Source: Alloascoidea hylecoeti (Eukaryota). From it: a stretch of 20,000 nt of DNA. This document shows, piece after piece, positions 1 to 7,729 of this stretch (positions are counted from its first letter, which is position 1; each line of letters begins with the position of its first letter). A program made the translations under genes and the position numbers. The notes beneath the pieces are model-generated. The model was not told the origin of the DNA, searched no databases, and saw nothing but the letters and a program-made list of their open reading frames with translations. The stretch is taken from assembly GCA_001600815.1 (NCBI GenBank), contig BCKZ01000006.1, positions 594,912 to 614,911 of the forward strand. The letters are read 5' to 3'.

Positions 1-317
1 TTGCAAGCCTACATATTGCTGTTAGCAGTGATCCTAATGAATTTATGACATTGGCTAAAAAGATTCGTGTTGTTTTACACAATTACGGAATTCATTCAGC
101 CACAATTCAACCGGAATTCACAGATGCTCAATATTTAACAGATCGAGAGGATTCAAACACTGATGCTTCCTCTGACATATCAGGTCCCCATGATACCCGA
201 AGACAAGATTCTTGCTCAACGTTACGACGATATGCTGCTACAAGTGAGGAATTTGATGAATGTTTAGTAGATGCTGAATTGGTGAGATCAGATCACTGTC
301 CCAAAAACAAATCATAA
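1..317 (+). CDS. ZRC1: 3' end of a cation diffusion facilitator (CDF) zinc/cobalt vacuolar transporter, ZRC1/COT1-like (partial, 5' end outside window)
   Basis: The frame is open from nt 3: ASLHIAVSSDPNEFMTLAKKIRVVLHNYGIHSATIQPEF... The 'ASLH' and 'GIHSATIQPEF' motifs match the C-terminal cytosolic domain of yeast Zrc1/Cot1. Cys-containing tail, stop TAA at 315-317. ZRC1 and COT1 cannot be distinguished from this fragment. Confidence 0.85.
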   Translation, partial: ASLHIAVSSDPNEFMTLAKKIRVVLHNYGIHSATIQPEFTDAQYLTDREDSNTDASSDISGPHDTRRQDSCSTLRRYAATSEEFDECLVDAELVRSDHCPKNKS

Positions 318-1609
318 TCATCACATACTAGAGCAATCGTGATGGAGTAAAATATTTTACTCTATCTCTGATTATATTCATATGTATTAATATGGTTTAT
401 GCTGGTTTATACACATTTACTTTGCTGTGTTGATCATGATCATGATGGGTTAGGATTTTTTTAAACACTTTAATTTTATCTTGGTACATTTTTGCATATA
501 CATATATACATAAACACATAGTATTTTAAAAATATGGAGCTGGTGCGCGTTGAAATTTTTGTTTTTCTTCATTTCCCATTTACTATTTAATTGCTATTTT
601 AGGCTAGGAACACTTAGGCCTTACATTTCCTATATGATATAATATAATATATAAAACAAAATCATTAATTATAATTGAATTTAATTTTCTTTAATTTTCT
701 TTAACGGAAAAAACCAATATAATCATATTATAAGTTAATAGGACGGTTAGGACCCAAGCTTAGGAATTGTTTAACTACATGTGTGATATAGACGATTTTC
801 TGATCATCATTAGCATGGATCGTTGTTTTATAATGATATTTGTAGTTATTAACCACCATGCAAAGTAGATGTTAACGTTATAAGGTCTCGATTTTGTAAG
901 ATATAATTTTCCTCATCTTCTAATTCCCAATCAGTATCATTTATCAGCACAAGTACACCAGGTCGGCTATATATTTATTATAAGAAATTTTCAGATGTTA
1001 GCGCCAATTAGTAACTAGAATTTTATAGATCAACAAAACAGAAAGTGTAGAAAGAAGAGAAGACTTACATTGTATTATCTTCCAAGAATAAATCGCCAGC
1101 ACATTTATCAACCGAAACCAATGTTTTTAATTTCGTGAATAATGTCTGAAGTATATCACCATCTTGAAACGATAAACTATATGATTTCTTGTTATTGAAT
1201 AGTGTTTCGAGACCACCGCTACACATTTACAAAGATGTTAGTGATACAAAAAAACATTAGATATAATTATTGATAATATATGCTGATGTGTACTAACCTG
1301 AATTCAACCGTAACTTGAATGCTCATGTTAATGCTATATACCTTATTGCTTCATGCCAAAAAATGTTTTATTTTAGTTTTGGGATCCGGGTAATATCTTT
1401 CCTAGATACCAAATCTCTAATTTTCACGGTATTACATATATAGGCATAACTATTAGCTAATCAAATACTAATTATATTGCTGATAAAACCACAGATAGAT
1501 AAAATTCTCATCCTTAATTATTAAATGGCCTTATTTACTCCAATTGAAATTTCTCTATATCTAAATAATAATACTAAAACAGTGTGTTCTCTCGAACAGA
1601 CATGAATTG

Positions 1610-1680
1610 GCGTTAGTGGTTTAGCGGTAAAATTCTTCGTTGCCATCGAAGAGCCCCCGGTTCGACTCCGGGCTGACGCA
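1610..1680 (+). tRNA. tRNA-Gly (anticodon GCC), intronless
   Basis: GCGTTAG...CTGACGCA acceptor stem, D-arm TGGTTTAGCGGTAAAA (A box), anticodon stem-loop CTTCG-TTGCCAT-CGAAG, T-arm CCCGG-TTCGACT-CCGGG (B box); 71 nt. Closely resembles yeast tRNA-Gly(GCC). Confidence 0.97.
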
Positions 1681-1691
1681 TTTCTTTTTTG
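1681..1691 (+). terminator. RNA polymerase III oligo-dT terminator of tRNA-Gly
   Basis: TTTCTTTTTTT immediately 3' of the tRNA discriminator base. Confidence 0.85.
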
Positions 1692-1799
1692 CTTTCCGGG
1701 CGAAGCGGTCGGAGACTCAAGAAGAAGGAAAAAATTGAATGTAATAGAGTTTTCAAGTGCTCAAAATACTTCATATCATAAATGATGAAAGTTTTTAAA

Positions 1800-2040
1800 C
1801 CCAAACTTTAAAGATCAATTGCAACATTTTGCACTTAAATAATATTTTCAATGCAATTTACCTAATATGGAAGTCGCCTATAAGCCTTGGAGCCTTATAA
1901 ATTATGGCCAATTAAAAAAATTTACACTTTGGAGCATCAATCCGTATTAAGCGCTTTGAAAGATGAACCTGGTGTATATATTGGTTACTAAATGTGAGTA
2001 CCCGAAGATTAATAATAAAAGAGTAGATTGTTATATGATC
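1800..2040 (+). mobile_element. Possible highly decayed Ty1/Copia-like integrase C-terminal fragment
   Basis: Peptide islands across frameshifts and stops, in Copia-like order: QTLKINCNILH..FNAIYLIWKSPISL / EPYKLW / LHFGA / EPGVYIGY / LLYD (compare Copia-type AVYLINRSP..TPYELW..VFG..GIFVGY..YD). Spacings are shorter than expected. Judged by eye only. Confidence 0.25.
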
Positions 2041-2274
2041 ACGGGGTAGATTTATTTGATGGTACAGCTGGACCCAGATTTTAACTAGCAGACCTTTACT
2101 ATTTGTATATTTGGTATATATTTAGAAAAAAATCACATTTTATTATCAAAATCTTTATTGTCAGTTTTTCGACTTAATACGTAAGAACTATCCAAATAGT
2201 AAACATCTGATAGTTAAAATCTAAGAAAATAAAATATATCGATCTTTTCAAAAGTTTAAAACATCATTACCAAC

Positions 2275-2631
2275 ATGGCAGCACTTGGAAGCGGTAAACA
2301 TACTAAGGCGAGGGCACCTCTCGATCAAGATGTAGACAAATCATCTGTTAAATCTGAAGATAGATCTGTAACTTGGGGAGAAATGCAAGAAATTATGGGA
2401 ATCAGTGTCCAGATTCAAGCCATACATACTATCATAATTGATAAAATTGACTCTATGAACAATCAATTAGGTGAAAAAATTGAGTCAATGAATTCCTCCT
2501 TCACCGAAAGACTAAACAAATTAGAAGGAACATCAAACTCCGGTGCAGCAATATACCACACCAAAAGAAAATGTAAATATTATAAACTGCCACTGAATAT
2601 TCTACAAGGCCTTAAATGGTTTCTAAAATAG
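2275..2631 (+). CDS. Orphan 118-aa ORF with a coiled-coil-like segment; possible Gag-like relic or pseudogene
   Basis: ATG in good context (caacATGg). Heptad-like repeated segment IIDKIDSMNNQL-GEKIESMNSSF-TERLNKLE. The frame stays open for 36 more codons past the TAG (to 2742). No family recognised. Confidence 0.3.
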   Translation: MAALGSGKHTKARAPLDQDVDKSSVKSEDRSVTWGEMQEIMGISVQIQAIHTIIIDKIDSMNNQLGEKIESMNSSFTERLNKLEGTSNSGAAIYHTKRKCKYYKLPLNILQGLKWFLK

Positions 2632-3133
2632 TACATAGTGTTCCATGAAGCCCAAATATTTCGAAAGAGACATAAATATTATCTCTATTCACTCTTTTAC
2701 CATGTGGAAAGCTCACCTATTGCAATCTCTGCCTTGCAATAAACTTTTATAAGGAGATTCCAAATGTGCTCAAATCTTAATACAAGATAATATATGGAAA
2801 TATAAACTAGATATATGAAAACTTAACTTTGAATATATAGGTTACATAAAAATGGAGTTACCAATAAAAAGATGATTCAATATGTGCTTGATGGAGCTAA
2901 AGAGCATAAAAATGTATTGATATTGTACTATAATTATAACCTTCGAATTTCTTCCAGTCAGAATTATGATATAAGTTTATAATGGTATGATTGTAAAGAA
3001 TTCAATTACCGTTATCATAAGTCGAGATTGAGTGTGATTATAATTGTAAAAAGTGTGTAATTAGCCATAGTTCAGATTTTGATGAGAACATTTCCAATTA
3101 CAATTTTTTATTTCCAATCGGTGCTGTTTAGCA

Positions 3134-3325
3134 TTAGCAGGAAGAACAAGAACCACATTTGCAAGCCTTTGGGCAGGAGCAATCTTTTGGATTCTTGCAG
3201 GTTCCAACACAAGGAGGTTGAGTATCCACTGGCTTGGAACAGGAAGAACAAGCATTGCAATTACATGATTTTTCGCAAGTACAACTTTCTGGATTGGTGC
3301 AAGACCCAACACAAGGAGAAACCAT
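3134..3325 (-). CDS. Metallothionein, 63 aa, 16 Cys (copy 1)
   Basis: MVSPCVGSCTNPESCTCEKSCNCNACSSCSKPVDTQPPCVGTCKNPKDCSCPKACKCGSCSSC: 25% Cys in CxC and CxxC motifs, no aromatic residues or His, A at -3 of ATG, TATA box ~130 nt upstream. Confidence 0.9.
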   Translation of the reverse strand: MVSPCVGSCTNPESCTCEKSCNCNACSSCSKPVDTQPPCVGTCKNPKDCSCPKACKCGSCSSC

Positions 3326-3451
3326 TATTAATAAGAATAAAGATGTAGATAGTTATAGTATATTATTGAGAATTTTCAATTGGATATAATCCGAATAATT
3401 TGAATTGATGTGAATTTAGAGGGTCGACATTAGAAGGGGGGAATCGACAAG

Positions 3452-3459
3452 TATTTATA
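3452..3459 (-). promoter_or_regulatory. TATA box of metallothionein copy 1
   Basis: TATAAATA on the minus strand ~130 nt upstream of ATG 3325; mirror of 3723..3730. Confidence 0.5.
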
Positions 3460-3536
3460 TTCTTTGGTTATATATTTAAGCTTGAATTATATCTATGGAA
3501 TTACCAATTCTGCATTAATGCCTATATAACTATTTT

Positions 3537-3645
3537 AGGAAATCGAGGAGTGTTTCCCTTAAGCAGCCAGAAAGTTTATTCTCGAAGCAGAAGTATTGAA
3601 GTCTATACCCTTTCAGGCTGACTGCATGCTCCTGTGTCTTCAATG
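3537..3645. promoter_or_regulatory. 109-bp unique spacer, a shared bidirectional UAS with two outward-facing Ace1/Amt1-like elements and an HSE core
   Basis: CTTTCTGGCTG on minus (3564..3574) and CTTTCAGGCTG on plus (3610..3620) both fit the copper-fist consensus HTHNNGCTG. TTCTCGAA (TTCnnGAA) lies between them at 3579..3586. Confidence 0.6.
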
Positions 3646-3722
3646 AAAATATTTATATAGGCATTAATACAGAATTGGTAATTCCATAGATATAATTCAA
3701 GCTTAAATATATAACCAAAGAA

Positions 3723-3730
3723 TATAAATA
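3723..3730 (+). promoter_or_regulatory. TATA box of metallothionein copy 2
   Basis: TATAAATA ~130 nt upstream of ATG 3857. Confidence 0.5.
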
Positions 3731-3856
3731 CTTGTCGATTCCCCCCTTCTAATGTCGACCCTCTAAATTCACATCAATTCAAATTATTCGGATTATATCC
3801 AATTGAAAATTCTCAATAATATACTATAACTATCTACATCTTTATTCTTATTAATA

Positions 3857-4048
3857 ATGGTTTCTCCTTGTGTTGGGTCTTGCACCAATCCAGAAAGTTG
3901 TACTTGCGAAAAATCATGTAATTGCAATGCTTGTTCTTCCTGTTCCAAGCCAGTGGATACTCAACCTCCTTGTGTTGGAACCTGCAAGAATCCAAAAGAT
4001 TGCTCCTGCCCAAAGGCTTGCAAATGTGGTTCTTGTTCTTCCTGCTAA
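3857..4048 (+). CDS. Metallothionein, 63 aa, 16 Cys (copy 2, identical to copy 1)
   Basis: Same translation as 3134..3325. Start context taataATGg, tandem stops TAA-TGC-TAA, AATAAA at 4070..4075. Confidence 0.9.
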   Translation: MVSPCVGSCTNPESCTCEKSCNCNACSSCSKPVDTQPPCVGTCKNPKDCSCPKACKCGSCSSC

Positions 4049-5065
4049 TGCTAAACAGCACCGATTGGAAATAAAAAATTGTAATTGGAAATGTTCTCAT
4101 CAAAATCTGAACTATGGCTAATTACACACTTTTTACAATTATAATCACACTCAATCTCGACTTATGATAACGGTAATTGAATTCTTTACAATCATACCAT
4201 TATAAACTTATATCATAATTCTGACTGGAAGAAATTCGAAGGTTATAATTATAGTACAATATCAATACATTTTTATGCTCTTTAGCTCCATCAAGCACAT
4301 ATTGAATCATCTTTTTATTGGTAACTCCATTTTTATGTAACCTATATATTCAAATTTAAGTTTTCATATTCCTTTTTATTATGGATGATTTAAACAAGTT
4401 GCAGCTACCTATAATTATAATAACTTAGTGAACCTCCTTTGTGCAAACGTGCTCTTAACTATACCGTAGTTTTTGTCAGGTTATCCCCGTTGACACACTG
4501 AAAACTCTATATTTGTTTTTAATAGAGGGTAGATTTAACAACATTTTCAGACTTCATGTTTTCAATTTCTACCGCAAATTTCAATTCACAGCCGATATTT
4601 CCTCTAATGACTCTGACTGTTGGCTTGATCCACAACATTGTTCTCATTTATTTCTCTTATCCTTTTGGTCTTCCTCTTTTTCTCTTACCCGGACCCCCTT
4701 CTGTTGTTCTTTTGGACATCGTTGCAATGATAGGCCGTAAGTGTCAGTAGTTCATACTGGCCCTCGGAAACACCACAAATCTTGAGCATGAGTTGTTGCC
4801 TTTTAAAGCCTATTAATTTATACACTATCGCGATAATGTGTCATCGGTTACTGAAGCAGCGAAAAAGTATGGACTACATAGAAATTCACTGCAAACTATC
4901 TTTTAAAAAACAACTCATGTTCATTTACAACTATCAACAGGCATAAAGTTTTTATGTGTGGTATAGTATTTTTAATATAGAATAAAAAGCATTTAAAGAC
5001 CGCAAAATTGAAAAAGAGCAAACAATTATGTAACAGCTACTTAAAAAAATAGTATATAAACATTA

Positions 5066-5087
5066 CAAAACAAAACAAAACAAAACA
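5066..5087. repeat. (CAAAA)4 pentanucleotide microsatellite downstream of the cyclin stop
   Basis: caaaa caaaa caaaa caaaa ca read directly. Confidence 0.8.
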
Positions 5088-5324
5088 GAAGAAAATTCAA
5101 AGAGAAAAAAGAATCTGATTATAATCAGCGATTGAAAACATTTTCATATAAACAGCTTTTTTTTCTTTCGTTTTAGATAACTTAATTGTAAGGAAATCCA
5201 TTTTTTCCCTAATTATACTCATATCATTCGTCAAAATAATAAAAAGAAAAATAAATAATAAACAAATCTAATTGCTAGTATTTTTATCTGTATCTACCAC
5301 CAGCTATTGATTTTAATCTATTCT

Positions 5325-6830
5325 TTAATCTGAATTATCTGCAAGATCAATGCCTTTTATAACAGCTTTTTTAGCCCATTGTCTTGATATTATAGAGGCT
5401 TTTAGGAATCTTTTGGATGCATATTTCTTGAAAAAACATTCATGGGTTATTGGTTGTACTAAATAATCCATCATCATTTCACAGACAACAATTATATCTT
5501 CGACATCATAGTCACCTGAATAATGAATAAGATTTGCATCCCATTTACCTTTACCTAAAATTTTTCTTGATAGATACATTGCTGCAGCACAAATTAAAGA
5601 GGGAAACATGCCAATGAATCTATGGTCAACCAAAGAGATCTCGATTAGATACTTACCAAAAGTTCTAGATTGAATATCATAATTATCGGCTTTTGAAATA
5701 CGACGCAAAAAGTTCATTGGATTTGGATAAGATAAATCGAAATGCAATACTTGAAGAACATATCTTTCAGCTTCTAATATTTCTTTTTCAGTAAAACCAT
5801 CTTGACCAGTAATCATAACATAACTCTGTATTGAAGGTGAATATACTTCTTCGTACTTGGCCGATATGAATAACGCAACAACCGCGAGTAATTGTAATCT
5901 ATCGACTTCAACCATTTCTTTTGACATGAAACGATCCAATACATTAATAGTTAAGAACAGCGTTTCAGGTAGTAATCTAAATTTTGCATGAGTATCAACA
6001 AGCCAATCAACCAAAATTGATCTCATCTCAGGCTTAATATCTTTTTGGAATACTAAATAGCTTGGATCTGGAGCAGTTTTCTTTTCAAGAATACTATAAT
6101 ATTCAAATATTTCAGTTACATATTCAGAAGCCATTAATGGATCATCAATGTCTTCTTCGTCAAGATCATCCCAAGCAGGTTTTTCGGGTTTTACAGTTCT
6201 TGCTTTTTTAAGCATTCGGGGTTCTTCTTCCATTATATCATAGATACCATCCTCTTCACTAAATAAAGCTCCCATTGATCTTTTTTTGGTGGTTGATACA
6301 GCGGGGACATTTTCTTTACCTATTGTAGATGATTTACTAATTAGAGCTTTCTCGGATTGTTTTTTATTAGCACGAACATTAGTATTTGATGATAGTTTAT
6401 CTTCAGATATAACTTCTAACTTTTTAGTCCTTTTAACAACTATAGTAGTATTAGAAGATTTTTTTGAAGCGTCTTTTTCCTTGACTTTTAATGAAGAGTC
6501 TCTTTCTTTGACTTTTAATGAAGAATCTTTTTCTTTAACTTTTAATGACGTATGAATCTTTTTTAGGTCATTATTTGCAGATCTGATTCCATTTGTATTA
6601 CTAAGATCACCTAAAGCTTTACGCTGTTTTGTAGCACCATCACCATTGGTGTTTGCAGTTTTTACAGGTAAGGTACCCTTTGACCTCGTAATTCTGGCGT
6701 ATGAATTTTCATCGCGTTGTTTAGTGGCGAGCTTTGTGTCCTAATTGATAGAGAAATCTATGTTAGTATTTGGGGGGAAGACGTGACACAAACATAAAAA
6801 TTAATGAATTGAACTTACGTTATTTCTCAT
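5325..6830 (-). CDS. CLB2: B-type (G2/M) cyclin, CLB1/2-Cdc13-like, 475 aa; exons 6830..6819 and 6740..5325
   Basis: Cyclin box MRSILVDWLV...ETLFLTINVLDRF...KYEE. The frame is open 155 codons upstream of the ORF-track start and contains D-box RKALGDLSN (6597..6623) and a KEN box (GKENVP). Intron 6741..6818: GTAAGT...TACTAAC...TAG. Exon 1 encodes MRNN. The paralogue assignment is tentative. Confidence 0.92.
6468..6548 (-). repeat. 27-bp coding tandem repeat x3 in the cyclin N-terminal region (SLKVKE[K/R]D[S/A])
   Basis: tcattaaaagttaaagaaaaagattct / tcattaaaagtcaaagaaagagactct / tcattaaaagtcaaggaaaaagacgct on the minus strand. Confidence 0.9.
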
Positions 6831-7078
6831 TTTAAAGAACTATAACAAAGAAGAGATAATAAAATATAAATATATTTTCTTTTTGTGATTCTTTAAAAAT
6901 GGTGGCTGTTAGAAATTTATGTCACAAACAGAGCAATCAACACAAGCCAGCACCAATCACCAACACCAGGATAGGATAAAACTATTATTGTAGATAAATC
7001 TTAACATACCTTATGAAGGACCGGAAAAGGAATTGATGGAAATAAACAATATAAAACAATTGTTATTTACCAAATAGC

Positions 7079-7084
7079 ACGCGT
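7079..7084. promoter_or_regulatory. MCB element (ACGCGT) upstream of the cyclin
   Basis: Perfect palindromic MluI cell-cycle box ~250 nt upstream of the cyclin ATG, in AT-rich DNA. Confidence 0.4.
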
Positions 7085-7372
7085 TGATGTTTAAAAAACT
7101 AGCAGTTAATCAAGTTCAGATATCAAGACTAGCTATATCCAAAGAGGAGTTCTAAGATATATTTTGGGTTCCGGATCGAAAAGAGAAGTTTCAAAGCAAC
7201 AGAATTAACCACTAATGCTAATAGAAAAAGTTGAGAAGATGAAAAAAAGAAGGAAGAAGGATTATAAAAGTAAACCTTTTAATGGTGGTGGAAATGAAGA
7301 ATCGCACAGACAACGGGTTTTTGTGTTTACTCATTGCCTCTTCGGGACATTGTGCATCAATATATTTTTTCA

Positions 7373-7395
7373 TGTTTGTCGATTTCCTGATTGGG
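7373..7395 (-). promoter_or_regulatory. Composite Mcm1-forkhead (Fkh2/SFF) site of CLB2-cluster type
   Basis: Minus strand reads TTTAA-CC-CAATCA-GG-AAATCG-ACAAACA: a CC-N6-GG MADS box, then RYAAAYA after 6 nt. A second forkhead site GTAAACA lies at 7324..7330 (minus). Confidence 0.55.
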
Positions 7396-7729
7396 TTAAA
7401 TTGCATACAGTGTTGAAAAGGATATAATATAACACATAACATTTTAACTAAATCTATATAAGAAATCTTATTATTGAGGATGCATTTATTAACTTAACTA
7501 CCTAAATATACATCAATATTGATCTCGAATTGGAATTTCCAGATATAAGCTTATATTTATATATCGCATCTAATAAACAGATGAAAAAAATCCCATTATA
7601 TTCCTCTCACTGCTTTCAGACACTGTACGCTTACACGATTGGAAATTGAAATATAAAAACAATAAATAAATATATCATTCAAATTATACAAGACATTTCA
7701 TTAAATAAAACTAGCTAATATTTCAGATA

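Larger units (their letters stand above)
2813..3536. repeat. Left arm of a 724-bp inverted repeat (pairs with 3646..4369)
   Basis: Manual reverse-complement comparison: position i pairs with 7182-i, no indels. Mismatches seen only at 2827/4355, 3513/3669 and 3530/3652. Confidence 0.97.
3646..4369. repeat. Right arm of the 724-bp inverted repeat (pairs with 2813..3536)
   Basis: Reverse complement of 2813..3536 with 3 mismatches. The ORF track shows three mirrored ORFs with identical translations. Confidence 0.97.

Noticed and set aside
1237..1376. GTTAGT...TACTAAC (1291..1297) as an intron of a hidden gene
   Set aside because: The nearest AG is ~80 nt past the branch point, and flanking frames give only short uninformative peptides.
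1613..1804. 63-aa minus-strand ORF
   Set aside because: Antisense to the tRNA-Gly gene, non-ATG start, no protein features.
3061..3348. 83-aa and 89-aa ORFs overlapping MT copy 1 (mirrored at 3834..4121)
   Set aside because: Alternative-frame and antisense shadows of the Cys-rich MT frame, duplicated only because they lie inside the palindrome.
3555..3566. Zap1 zinc-responsive element in the MT spacer (TCCCTTAAGCA)
   Set aside because: Three mismatches to ACCYYNAAGGT; too weak.
2813..4369. Palindrome as the terminal inverted repeats of a DNA transposon or MITE
   Set aside because: The arms consist of a host-type gene, no transposase is present, and I see no target-site duplication at 2812/4370.
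4513..4750. Plus-strand 75-aa and 64-aa ORFs
   Set aside because: Low-complexity products of a pyrimidine tract with no recognisable motif.
6286..6555. 89-aa plus-strand ORF with SLTFNEES repeats
   Set aside because: Antisense of the cyclin N-terminal exon and its 27-bp repeat.
7215..7442. Two overlapping short ORFs (70 and 74 aa)
   Set aside because: They lie in the cyclin promoter / PTR2 terminator region with no coding signature.
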